DNA from: Patescibacteria group bacterium
Lineage (GTDB): Bacteria; Patescibacteriota; Patescibacteriia; UBA1558; GWA2-36-10
Reading direction: 5' to 3'
NCBI GenBank assembly: GCA_018819405.1
Contig: JAHJQF010000001.1
Location: 907,377 to 971,376, forward strand
Length of the DNA: 64,000 nucleotides
Shown here: positions 1 through 9,606 of the stretch, piece by piece
Position numbering within the stretch: position 1 is the stretch's first letter
Layout of the letters: every line of letters begins with the position of its first letter
Notes under the pieces: model-generated
Databases searched by the model: none
What the model was told of the DNA's origin: nothing
What the model saw: only the letters and a program-made list of their open reading frames with translations
Made by a program: the position numbers and the translations under genes

Positions 1-292
1 AAATGAGCAACCCGTATTCAGGATTTTGATGAGCAAACACTCCATCAACATGAGGTACTAGTTTGATAGCTAGTTTTTGAAAACGCCAAAATTCCCTAAG
101 ACGATTTTTGCCGTTTTCTTTGCCCAGAGAATATACAGACACATTGTCAGGTAGGCCTTCTATATTCCCCTTTTCCAGACAAATCACATCCAGATTTTCT
201 ATATTATTAGCCAATTTTTTGACCCAATTAAAACTAAAACCGGCCAAACCATCGTCTTTATCTACCTTTCTAGTAATCATCAGTAGTCTCAT
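1..292 (-). CDS. Glycosyltransferase family 4, 5' part (runs off window)
   Basis: Manual translation from ATG at 292: MRLLMITRKVDKDDGLAGFSFNWVKKLA...VICLEKG...VFAHQNPEY, open to the window edge; GT4 N-terminal pattern; in GT cluster. Confidence 0.75.
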   Translation of the reverse strand, partial: MRLLMITRKVDKDDGLAGFSFNWVKKLANNIENLDVICLEKGNIEGLPDNVSVYSLGKENGKNRLREFWRFQKLAIKLVPHVDGVFAHQNPEYGLLI

Positions 293-418
293 CCCGTTAG
301 AAATTTATTTTGTTAAACTTTTGTAAAAAATAATACCTATTAGCAAATTATTTTATTATCAACTATATAAATAATCATTTATAATTATAACCTATTGCCC
401 CGTGAATTTCTAACGGGA
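292..418. mobile_element. MITE-like hairpin element (TCCCGTTAGAAATT inverted ends) inserted in a start codon
   Basis: Terminal inverted repeats; TGAG direct repeat at 419-422 and 288-291 (minus strand). Confidence 0.75.
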
Positions 419-431
419 CTCATATTTTTTT

Positions 432-572
432 ACCCCGTTGAATAATATTTAAGCTAAACTTAAATATTAAATTTAAATTATTAAAAAATATATCCAACTT
501 TCTAAATTTTATAAATAATAAATAATATATCAAGTACATATTTTACAGTTATTTAAATTTATTCAACGGGGT
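432..572. mobile_element. MITE-like hairpin element (ACCCCGTTGAATAA ends)
   Basis: Perfect terminal inverted repeat, AT-rich core similar to 25009-25142; overlaps 3' end of GT2 gene. Confidence 0.75.
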
Positions 573-1265
573 AAATCTTAATTTAAAAACGTTAATAAAA
601 AATTCTATAGCATCTTTGGCGGACAACTTTGATTTTCCTTTTTCTCTATCCAAAAATACCGAAGGTATTTCTTTTATCCTAAAATTATTTTTTTCAGCAA
701 TATATATCATCTCAATCTGAAAAGCATAACCATTGCTTTTTATTTTTTTGTCTTTCAGAAAATCCAAAAACTTTCTATTGTAACACTTGAATCCAGCAGT
801 GACATCCTTTGTATTTAATGACAATATCAATCTAGAAATTGCCATAGCACCATTACTGGTCAAATGACGCCAAGCGTTCCAACCTACAATCTGGCCACCT
901 TTTATTTTTCTAGAAGCGAGCACTATATCAAAATTTTGACTTTGCTCTACCAACTTTATAATATCTTTTGGATTGTGAGAAAAATCAGCATCCATAGATA
1001 TCACAAAATCATATTTTTTTTCTCTAGCAAACTCAAATGCCTCTTGATAGGCTGAACCAAGACCTAGCTTACCAGGACGTTTTTTTAAAAATAAACTATC
1101 ACTATATTTATTTTGCAAATTTTCTACCAGGCCGGCTGTATTGTCTGGAGAATTATCATCAACTATCAAAATATCCAAAGACAAGGACAAATTTTTGATA
1201 GCTATTATCAAATCAGATATATTTTCTTTTTCATTATAGGTTGGTATAACTACCAAGTATTTCAT
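549..1265 (-). CDS. Polyprenol monophosphomannose synthase-like glycosyltransferase (GT2)
   Basis: VIPTYNEKENI, VDDNSPD, MDADFSHNP, SNGYAFQIE motifs. Confidence 0.9.
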   Translation of the reverse strand: MKYLVVIPTYNEKENISDLIIAIKNLSLSLDILIVDDNSPDNTAGLVENLQNKYSDSLFLKKRPGKLGLGSAYQEAFEFAREKKYDFVISMDADFSHNPKDIIKLVEQSQNFDIVLASRKIKGGQIVGWNAWRHLTSNGAMAISRLILSLNTKDVTAGFKCYNRKFLDFLKDKKIKSNGYAFQIEMIYIAEKNNFRIKEIPSVFLDREKGKSKLSAKDAIEFFINVFKLRFTPLNKFK

Positions 1266-2422
1266 AACTGATTATTTACTATTTTAAACCAAAAGTCTTT
1301 TACCTGACCAAATGTCCGACCACGACTATAAGTATCGGCAAACTCCTGTTTGATTTTGATACCAATTAATTTTACCAAATCTTCATTATCCAAGAGGTAT
1401 ACTAATTTAGCAGTAGTATTTTCCAAATCATTTATATCCACCAGCCAGCCATTTTGACCATCTTCTATAATAGCTGAAGGACCTAGTGATCTGGATGCCA
1501 AAGTAGGTGTAGCAGACAAACCTGATTCAATAATCACTTTGCCAAAACTCTCACTAACTGACAAGAGAATAGATAAATAAGCGGCTTGGTAATAAACCAA
1601 TAATTCATTATGCTCTTTGGCTCCCAAAAAAAATACCAAATCCTGCAAATCATTTTGATTAACAAAATTTATTAATTTGTCATGCTCTGTGCCCTCGCCA
1701 ACCAAAAGCAAAACAAAATTATTTCTTTTTTCTTTCAGTTCTTTAATGAGCTCCAAAAGGAAAGTGAGATTTTTTTCTGGCACCAGACGACCGACAAAAA
1801 GTATTATTTTTTTATTGGAATATTTATTTTTTATATCGGATATCTGCTGGTTATCTAGGTCCAATACAAATTTTTCCGTATCAACCGGGGTATTAATCAC
1901 CTGTATTTTACTTTCATTAATACCTGAAAAAACCAGCTTTTCCTTTATTTTTTTGTTTACTACCCTGATAGCATCAGCATTTTTGACTGTTTTTTTCTGC
2001 AAAATATTGAAAATGCGATGTTTAAAAGATAAGGCTAACCAGCGTGGATTGTCCCAAAAATCACCGTGAAAATGAAGCTCAAATTTTATTTTGTATTTCT
2101 TTTTTAAAAACATGCCCAAAAGCCCAGTCAAATGAGGATCCTGAGTGTCAACCAAATCATATTTGTTTTTTTTCATCAAATCTTTGGCCAAAACCCAAGC
2201 TTGATACAAAGACAAAAATTTGTTGCCCACTCCATAGACCTGAAGATTGTCAGATAAAATACTGCCGGAATTATTGGTTTTACCCAAGACAATGATATCC
2301 AGACGTTTGAGGCTCTTGGCATACTCTCGATGACGGCTAATAGAGTCCCCACTACTAGAGCTATTTAAGAGCCCAGTATCAAAACTAATCATTAATATTG
2401 AAATGTCTTTCAAATCTATCAC
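1262..2422 (-). CDS. Glycosyltransferase family 4
   Basis: ILFVGRLVPEKN, SESFGKVIIE motifs; start placed at GTG 2422 at the edge of the hairpin element (ORF track starts at 2458, inside the element). Confidence 0.85.
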   Translation of the reverse strand: MIDLKDISILMISFDTGLLNSSSSGDSISRHREYAKSLKRLDIIVLGKTNNSGSILSDNLQVYGVGNKFLSLYQAWVLAKDLMKKNKYDLVDTQDPHLTGLLGMFLKKKYKIKFELHFHGDFWDNPRWLALSFKHRIFNILQKKTVKNADAIRVVNKKIKEKLVFSGINESKIQVINTPVDTEKFVLDLDNQQISDIKNKYSNKKIILFVGRLVPEKNLTFLLELIKELKEKRNNFVLLLVGEGTEHDKLINFVNQNDLQDLVFFLGAKEHNELLVYYQAAYLSILLSVSESFGKVIIESGLSATPTLASRSLGPSAIIEDGQNGWLVDINDLENTTAKLVYLLDNEDLVKLIGIKIKQEFADTYSRGRTFGQVKDFWFKIVNNQL

Positions 2423-2529
2423 CCCATTAGAAATTATTTTTTGCTCTACTTTTTCCATAAAGTGGAATATATAATCATTTATTTATTATTTTGCCAATCT
2501 CCCCTGCTAGAGTGAATTTCTAACGGGGT
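2421..2529. mobile_element. MITE-like hairpin element
   Basis: ACCCCATTAGAAATT...AATTTCTAACGGGGT inverted ends between two GT4 genes. Confidence 0.7.
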
Positions 2530-2534
2530 AAATT

Positions 2535-3647
2535 TTATTTAGCAAAAATAGTTATAGTATCTCTGGCTGCCTGATTATAAGAATAATCATAATTAAGCTC
2601 TGAAATAACTTTTGTATAATCTTGGTAAACTTTTTCATCAAGCAGTTCATCAATGGCCCTAGTCATATCCTGATAACTCAATGGATCAAAAGTTCTAATC
2701 TTATCACGCAACCAAGAAAAACCAATTTCACTGGTACTTAGTATTGGCACATTGAGACTGACTGCTTCAAGCATTGAATTGGGGCTGATATCAGTCAGTG
2801 ACGGCCAGACTAGCAGATAGGCATTGGCAATTCTTTTTTTCAAATCCTGACGAGAAAGTTTTTCTTCCATGTGAATATTATCGGCACCAAGCTCAGCAAT
2901 TAAATTTTGTATATCTTTTTTGAGAGGCCCTTCACCAATGAGTACCAAAGTGTATGAATGATCATGAATATCATGAAAGGCTCTGATAAAATTCAATATA
3001 TTATTTTTGTGAATAAAGCGTCCTGAAAAAATTATTTCTTTACTGACTTGCTCTCTGACAATAGCATCTGATAAGACAATTGGATTTTTGATAATAAAAA
3101 GTTTGTTATCTGCTAATTCATAATATTTTTTAAAAATTTCTTTTTGGAAACTAGTAGTAAAAATAATGCCCGTAGCCTGCCTGAAAATAAATCTTATGAT
3201 TTTGAACCTAAAATTTTCTGCTTGCTTATGAATACCTCGTTTATAAAAATCATGTAAAGTAACCAAGGCACCTGTCATATCCAAATATCTTTCCCAAATA
3301 AAATCACCACCGACCCTAATATAAAATGGCTTTTTATAAATACGGCAAAATAAAGCTGTAGGAATACCGGCACTAAAATGATCAAAACTATATATAATAT
3401 CGGCGTTTTTGGCTATTTTTTGAAGCTTTTGAAAATATCTCCAATAATTAAGCAATTTATTGGCTCGTTTTATCCTAAAAACAGGGTAGCCAAAACCACT
3501 GTCAAAATCATACCTAGCCTTGTCAGAATAAGTAAGTACTTCTACTTTGTGCCCCATTTTTATAAATTCTCTGGCAATATTGGGAGCATAAGTAGCTGGG
3601 CCACCAAGCTCTGGCACAAAAATTCCTGTTGCTATCACTATTTTCAC
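2535..3647 (-). CDS. Glycosyltransferase family 4
   Basis: MKIVIATGIFVPELGGPATY, FSGRFIHKNN, SPNSMLEA. Confidence 0.88.
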   Translation of the reverse strand: MKIVIATGIFVPELGGPATYAPNIAREFIKMGHKVEVLTYSDKARYDFDSGFGYPVFRIKRANKLLNYWRYFQKLQKIAKNADIIYSFDHFSAGIPTALFCRIYKKPFYIRVGGDFIWERYLDMTGALVTLHDFYKRGIHKQAENFRFKIIRFIFRQATGIIFTTSFQKEIFKKYYELADNKLFIIKNPIVLSDAIVREQVSKEIIFSGRFIHKNNILNFIRAFHDIHDHSYTLVLIGEGPLKKDIQNLIAELGADNIHMEEKLSRQDLKKRIANAYLLVWPSLTDISPNSMLEAVSLNVPILSTSEIGFSWLRDKIRTFDPLSYQDMTRAIDELLDEKVYQDYTKVISELNYDYSYNQAARDTITIFAK

Positions 3648-3680
3648 CCCGTTAGAAATTAATTATTAAATTTATCCTTT

Positions 3681-3765
3681 TGTCATTGCGAGGATCCGCC
3701 AGCTGGCGGAGACGAAGCAATCTACAAGCTTTTAGATTGCCACGCCCTTCGGGCTCGCAATGACA
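3681..3765. repeat. TGTCAT-type REP-like palindrome downstream of GIY-YIG gene
   Basis: TGTCATTGCGAG...CTCGCAATGACA with internal GCAATCTA/TAGATTGC and CCGCCAGCTGGCGG stems. Confidence 0.8.
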
Positions 3766-3769
3766 AATA

Positions 3770-4057
3770 TTACAATTTATTATATAAATTAGCCCAATTT
3801 TTATTATATTTTTCTATTAAATCAATCTTTTTCTGTCTTGACCCCGCTTTAATTTGCTTTTCTCTAGATATAGCTTCATAAGCATCTTCATATATTTCAT
3901 AATATACTAATTTATTGATACTATATCGTGATGTAAATGATTTATTATCTAGTTTTTCTTTATGTTGCCATACTCTAACAATTAAATCATTTGTTACTCC
4001 TGTATATAATGTACCCTGTTTATGATTAGCCAAAATATAAACAAAATATTGTCTCAT
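3770..4057 (-). CDS. Small stand-alone GIY-YIG nuclease
   Basis: YFVYILAN..GTLYTGVTNDL..RVWQHK...LVYYE...AISREKQIK. Confidence 0.9.
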   Translation of the reverse strand: MRQYFVYILANHKQGTLYTGVTNDLIVRVWQHKEKLDNKSFTSRYSINKLVYYEIYEDAYEAISREKQIKAGSRQKKIDLIEKYNKNWANLYNKL

Positions 4058-4083
4058 CGCTTTTCTTCATATTTAATTGTAAA

Positions 4084-5232
4084 TTATTTTCCCAACATTC
4101 TTTGATAAACTCTATCCATCTGACTAGCTACTTTATCCCAAGAATATTTTTCTTTTACTAATTCCTGACCACGCTGGACAATTGATTTGTAAAGCTCTGG
4201 ATTTTTGACATATTTAGATACTGCCTCGGCAATGGAAGCCGGATTTCTGACTTCACAAAATAATCCAGTTTGACCGTCTTGTAAAAAATCAGGAATACCA
4301 CCGACTCTAGTAGCAATGATGGGCGTACCAACTGCCATAGCTTCTACAAAAGAATTACCAAAGCCTTCAGACAATGACGGACGACAAAAAATATCAGCTG
4401 ACTCTACATAAGGCGGTAATTTTTTGTAATCGGTATAGCCCATAAACAAAACATTGTCAGTGACTTTTTTTTCAACAGCCAAATTACGAAGTTTTTGCTC
4501 ATCAGGTCCAGAACCAAAAATAACAAGCTTAGTATTGATACCCATTTTGTAAACCAGAAAATGAACAGCTTTTATCAAATCATCTATTCCATTTTTTAAA
4601 ACCAATCTAGAGGTGGTGACAATCATAGTCTGATCAATCTGCACTCCTAGTTCCTCTCTAATCTTGGCAATACCGTCTTGATCAAGAGTGTTTTTGAAAA
4701 CATTCAAGTCAGCCGCATTTGGCACGAGTAATATTTCACCTTTATTACCCATCCGGCGTGATCTTTCGCCAAGCCACTTGGAAATTACCTGAGTTACTTT
4801 TGGTTCACGATAAATACGTTTGTAATAATAATCCCAAAACCAAGTTCTTTTTCTCAAAAATGCGTCACTGTCTCCGCTCTGCAAGGTAAGTAGATATGGG
4901 ACTTTTGTGTTATACTTAAAAAGTAAAGCTGCCAGACCGGCATAAAAAGCCATCATAGACCAGGCAAAATCAAATTTTATAATTCTATTCAAATTGATAG
5001 CATAAATAGTTGCCCTGAAAGGATAAATATATTTGTCCCATTTTTTACCATTACCAATACGACGGACATTAATATTGCCAATTTTTTCTTCTTTGGACCA
5101 AGTAGCATCAAACTGATTGGTAATCATATAATACTCATAATTTGGCAACCTATCAGTAATTTCTTTAATTGCTACTTCTGCTCCGCCAACATATGGATGG
5201 TAGGCCAGAGAAAAAATAAGAATTTTCTTCAT
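4084..5232 (-). CDS. Glycosyltransferase family 4
   Basis: GGAEVA, SRLVLKNG, PSLSEGFGNSFVEAMA. Confidence 0.92.
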   Translation of the reverse strand: MKKILIFSLAYHPYVGGAEVAIKEITDRLPNYEYYMITNQFDATWSKEEKIGNINVRRIGNGKKWDKYIYPFRATIYAINLNRIIKFDFAWSMMAFYAGLAALLFKYNTKVPYLLTLQSGDSDAFLRKRTWFWDYYYKRIYREPKVTQVISKWLGERSRRMGNKGEILLVPNAADLNVFKNTLDQDGIAKIREELGVQIDQTMIVTTSRLVLKNGIDDLIKAVHFLVYKMGINTKLVIFGSGPDEQKLRNLAVEKKVTDNVLFMGYTDYKKLPPYVESADIFCRPSLSEGFGNSFVEAMAVGTPIIATRVGGIPDFLQDGQTGLFCEVRNPASIAEAVSKYVKNPELYKSIVQRGQELVKEKYSWDKVASQMDRVYQRMLGK

Positions 5233-5303
5233 AAAACGCTTGCTTTAGACTAATAAATACTATAAAATTATACCAGTATTTACAAAATAAATCAACCAAA
5301 AAA

Positions 5304-6515
5304 ATGACTAAAATTAGCGAAAATGCTAAAAATACACCACATTTAGAAGGCAAAAAAATCCTATATTTGGTCACCCAGACCAAATGGGGCGGTGCCCAAA
5401 AATATGTCCTGCAAATGGCTGGCTATTTCAAAAAGCACAATGAAATACACATTGCCCATGGGAAAAGCTCTACTGATGACCAAAGATTTTTAAATAGTGC
5501 CAAAAAGCTGGACATCAAAACAATAGAACTACCATATCTGGTCAGAAATATAGATTTGAGCAAAGACTATCTAGCAATGATAGACATTTATAAATTACTC
5601 AATAAGGAACAGTACGAAATCATACATCTCAATAGTTCCAAAACCGGACTACTCGGCGCATTAGCTGCCAGACTATACGCTAGCAATCCAATCAACACAA
5701 AAATAAGAGTTGTTTATACTGCCCATGGTTTTGTCTTCAATGAGCCACTTTCCAAAACCAGAAAAAAACTCTACAGATTTTCTGAAAAATTTTCTACTGC
5801 TATCCAAAATGTCATAATTACCGTTTCAGATTATGACAAAGCAAGCGCCATAGAAAACAAAATCACTCCTGACGCTAAGATGATTACTATTCATAATGGA
5901 CTTGATTTTGACAAATACAATTTTTATGAAAAAAAAGAAGCCCTAAAAAAACTGAGCCTGAATCCTGACAAAAAATATTTTGGTACTATTGCCAGTTTTT
6001 ATCCGACCAAAGGCTATCAATATCTGATAGAGGCTATCAAAATGCTACTGGCCAAAGATTCACCTATTATAAAAAATTATAACTGGGCACTAATTGGTGA
6101 CGGACCAGAAATGGAAAATATAAAAAAATTGGCCAAAGACCAGGGTGTAGAAAATTATATAAAATTTTTGGGACAAATTGATAATGCCTATAAATATCTT
6201 CCTGCTTTTGATATTTTTGTTCTGCCATCAGTCAAAGAGGGTCTGCCATTTACAATTTTGGAAGCTGGATTGGCCCAAGTACCTACTATCGCTAGCCGAG
6301 TAGGTGGAATATCTGAAATAATTACTGATCAAAAAACAGGTCTGCTTGTCAGCCCAGCCGATCCCCTATCACTGGTTGAGTCCATGGAAAAAATGTCATC
6401 TGACAATGAATTGGCCAATAACATAGCTCATCAAAATTATCAGAATATAAAAAACAATTTTAACCTTACAAATACTCTGGAAAAAACAGAAAAAATATAC
6501 TTAGGATTGTTCTAA
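5304..6515 (+). CDS. Glycosyltransferase family 4
   Basis: GGAQKYV, HLNSSKTG, YTAHGF, PSVKEGLPFTILEA. Confidence 0.92.
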   Translation: MTKISENAKNTPHLEGKKILYLVTQTKWGGAQKYVLQMAGYFKKHNEIHIAHGKSSTDDQRFLNSAKKLDIKTIELPYLVRNIDLSKDYLAMIDIYKLLNKEQYEIIHLNSSKTGLLGALAARLYASNPINTKIRVVYTAHGFVFNEPLSKTRKKLYRFSEKFSTAIQNVIITVSDYDKASAIENKITPDAKMITIHNGLDFDKYNFYEKKEALKKLSLNPDKKYFGTIASFYPTKGYQYLIEAIKMLLAKDSPIIKNYNWALIGDGPEMENIKKLAKDQGVENYIKFLGQIDNAYKYLPAFDIFVLPSVKEGLPFTILEAGLAQVPTIASRVGGISEIITDQKTGLLVSPADPLSLVESMEKMSSDNELANNIAHQNYQNIKNNFNLTNTLEKTEKIYLGLF

Positions 6516-6575
6516 TTTGACAAGTAAATAAGCTATGACTTATAATGAATTAACCTAAATAATTAACAAAAAACT

Positions 6576-7025
6576 ATGAAGAAGAAAAGTGAGATTACTA
6601 ATCAACAGATACTAAAGGCCATACAAGTATTGGATAAAAAGGTCAACAAAAATAGCGCAAATCTTGATAAATTAGCTGGTGCTATTAATATTTTTGCCGA
6701 CGACAACGAAGGACGTTTCAATGGCATTGACCAGCGTTTTGAGAAAATAGACCAACGTTTTGAGAAAATAGACCAGCGTTTTGAGAAAATAGACCAACGT
6801 TTTGAGAAAATAGACCAACGGCTCAATAAAATTGAAACAACAATGGTCAGCAAAGAATATTTGGACGAAAAACTACTTGATCTAAAAGGCGATCTAATAG
6901 TCACCATCCGAAAAGAAGATAAAAAATTGGGTACTTTAGTAAAAATTTTGGAAAATAAAAAGGTAATATCAAAAAAAGAAACTCAAACTATTATGTCACT
7001 AGAGCCTTTTCCCAACAATACTTAA
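6576..7025 (+). CDS. Coiled-coil protein with IDQRFEK heptad repeats
   Basis: Five IDQR(F/L) heptads; promoter-like TTGACA..TATAAT upstream. Confidence 0.75.
   Translation: MKKKSEITNQQILKAIQVLDKKVNKNSANLDKLAGAINIFADDNEGRFNGIDQRFEKIDQRFEKIDQRFEKIDQRFEKIDQRLNKIETTMVSKEYLDEKLLDLKGDLIVTIRKEDKKLGTLVKILENKKVISKKETQTIMSLEPFPNNT
6727..6820 (+). repeat. 21-bp coding tandem repeat
   Basis: (A)TAGACCA[AG]CGTTTTGAGAAA repeated about 4.5 times. Confidence 0.9.
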
Positions 7026-7026
7026 A

Positions 7027-9489
7027 CTATTTTAAATATAATTTTTTAATCTCCTCTGCATACAGCGGATCCAATACGCGAAGTCTGCCCAAATACTGGG
7101 CAGATTTTTCTTCTTGGCCAAGCTGATGATAATAGAGGGCTAGCTTGGCCAAAAAATTACTCTGAGCTGGATACTTTATCAAAGACTCTTCCAATAAATC
7201 TATACCCTCATCTAAATAAGCAAAGGAAACATAGACATCAGCCAATTGACCCAAGTGAGCAGATACCTTTATATCAGCGTCTAAGGGCGTGTTTTTTAAT
7301 ACCTGTGTATAAAACTGAGCTAGATTTTCTTCCATTTGAGCTACCAACTGACTAGCCGCCTCCAAATCCCCTGCATACAAATAAGCTACAAGTAAATGAA
7401 AGTATGACTCAAATATATATGGCGACATATCTCTAGCTCTCTCAAATTGAGCTACAGCCTCAGGATAATTACCAACCCCTATATAGGAATTACCCAGAGC
7501 ATAATATAATCTAGTTCTGCTTGGGCTATATGGTAATACTTTGTTTATAAAATCTATATTTTTCTGATTATACAAAGGATTGATTTCATAACCTGCCTTT
7601 AGATACAGATTTATCAAAAAACTATCAGAACGCACACTGGCCGGCTGGCTCTGCCAATTTAATAGCAATTGCTCTTCGGCTAAATTCAGTGCCTTTTGTC
7701 TGTCATTAATATAGATATTATCTTTAGACAAAAGATTTTCCACATATTCCCCATAAAGCTGTCTACCTTCAAACTTCCCAAGATAATACTTATTTATATG
7801 CTCTATAAAATCCAAATGATTTTGATAGGAAAATGAAAAAACGTCTTGATAACGCATTTTACTAAAAACTGTAAAAAAATTACGATTGGCCATAGCTCTT
7901 GGCACAGTCAGATAAACACCGAGTGAAATCACCAAAATAAAAACCAATATAGCGGGCAAATATGGTCGCCTCTTGGGAAATTGCAAATCAAAATTTATTT
8001 TATTTTCTTTGTGGCTAATAAAAATAATAATTGCCAAAAATAATACCAATGGTATATAACTGTTTAGGCTGTCAAACACAAAAAAGTTTTGTACCAAATA
8101 AGCAATAATCAAAGAACTAAAAAGCAAAAAAGTTTGAATATCATTGGTTTTTTTGTAATAAAGATATAAAGATTTAAAAGCAAAAATAAAAATAGACAAA
8201 TATGCCAGTAGGCCAAGCAAACCTCCGCTTATAGCGTATTGAATAAATATATTATGAGGCCTATCAAACCAAACTCTGGAATCAGACTCTCTAAGTATTT
8301 CTGTAGGAAAATATTTATTAAAAACTTTGTAATAATTTTCTTCCCCCCAACCCAAAACAGGCTTTTCAACTAGGCCATGCAGAGATGCACTCCAAGTCAA
8401 AATACGAGATTGGGTTGTTGTATCATTGATAGATATACTGGCAATTCTTCCTAAAGTAGGAGTTTGCTGTATATATTTGCTATCCCGTGACACAAAAAAT
8501 ACAGTGGTCATCACCAGCAACAACAATAAAGATAAGGCTGATATTCTTTTATATTGCGTGGAAACTTTTTTTGATAAAAGTAAAAAAAATAAAACAAACA
8601 AAACAGCCAACCCCAACCCCACTATCACTCCTCTGGTTTGACTATAAAATATGGCCAGAAAATTTAAAAAAGCTATTACCAGAAAATAATATTTACTACT
8701 TATTTTTTTTATTTTTTTATCCTGATAATAACAATTTATATTCAGAAATATCTGAGGTATTATAAAAAACATAGCCATCATAAAATTTTTCAAAAAGGAA
8801 AAAATATTACTATCCGATCCAACGATATTGCTAAAAAGAGAAAATATCAACAATATATCTAAAATATAAAAACTGACCAACTCAAAACGCAAAATACTCA
8901 ACCTCTCTTTTAGAAAAAAATACAGGGCAAAGAAAAAATGAAATAAAGCATAAGTAGCTAGATATGCAGGATTACCAAAAAAAGCTGATACTCTACCAGA
9001 CTCTTGAGCAAAGAAAAAACCAAAATTAAAAAATTGACCAAGGGCTACAAAAGAAACCAAAAATGAGACAAAGACTGTAGTCCGAAGCAAAAGCAACCAG
9101 CCTTTTTTGCGATAATATAAGCCCAAAATCACAACAAAAAACGCCAAAAGATGATAAAGAGTAACCAGACCATCCATCCTTTCATAATTACTCCAAAAAC
9201 TAAAAAGAAAATCCCTATTTATTAGACTGGAAACTGTCAAAATAAATGCCAAGACTAAATAAGCTACTAAGATATTACTTTTAAGTGGTTTATATTTTTT
9301 TGGTTGGCGTATAAAAAGAAAAAGATAAAGACCGAGAATAACTGTAACCATTATTCTAAACAAAAAATTGCGTGGTCCAATAAAAGGAAAATAAAAATCA
9401 CTACTTATAAACAAAGGCAAAAAGAAAATAATCGGCATTAGTAATTTAATAACCTTTTCAATCATATTATCCAAATTTTTTACTAACAT
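7027..9489 (-). CDS. O-antigen ligase/O-oligosaccharyltransferase family membrane protein with C-terminal TPR
   Basis: Many TM segments; ERMDG, GNPAY, TRG, GWG.ENY, FDRPHN motifs; TPR-like tail. Confidence 0.85.
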   Translation of the reverse strand: MLVKNLDNMIEKVIKLLMPIIFFLPLFISSDFYFPFIGPRNFLFRIMVTVILGLYLFLFIRQPKKYKPLKSNILVAYLVLAFILTVSSLINRDFLFSFWSNYERMDGLVTLYHLLAFFVVILGLYYRKKGWLLLLRTTVFVSFLVSFVALGQFFNFGFFFAQESGRVSAFFGNPAYLATYALFHFFFALYFFLKERLSILRFELVSFYILDILLIFSLFSNIVGSDSNIFSFLKNFMMAMFFIIPQIFLNINCYYQDKKIKKISSKYYFLVIAFLNFLAIFYSQTRGVIVGLGLAVLFVLFFLLLSKKVSTQYKRISALSLLLLLVMTTVFFVSRDSKYIQQTPTLGRIASISINDTTTQSRILTWSASLHGLVEKPVLGWGEENYYKVFNKYFPTEILRESDSRVWFDRPHNIFIQYAISGGLLGLLAYLSIFIFAFKSLYLYYKKTNDIQTFLLFSSLIIAYLVQNFFVFDSLNSYIPLVLFLAIIIFISHKENKINFDLQFPKRRPYLPAILVFILVISLGVYLTVPRAMANRNFFTVFSKMRYQDVFSFSYQNHLDFIEHINKYYLGKFEGRQLYGEYVENLLSKDNIYINDRQKALNLAEEQLLLNWQSQPASVRSDSFLINLYLKAGYEINPLYNQKNIDFINKVLPYSPSRTRLYYALGNSYIGVGNYPEAVAQFERARDMSPYIFESYFHLLVAYLYAGDLEAASQLVAQMEENLAQFYTQVLKNTPLDADIKVSAHLGQLADVYVSFAYLDEGIDLLEESLIKYPAQSNFLAKLALYYHQLGQEEKSAQYLGRLRVLDPLYAEEIKKLYLK

Positions 9490-9606
9490 AATTCTATAAA
9501 TTATTCATTAGCCCACTCCTTAGATCTTCCTCTATTTTTATCAAACCCATTAAACATGTTTCTATGTTTTATAGATAATTTTATCTAATAAAGATATGAT
9601 ATAGTA

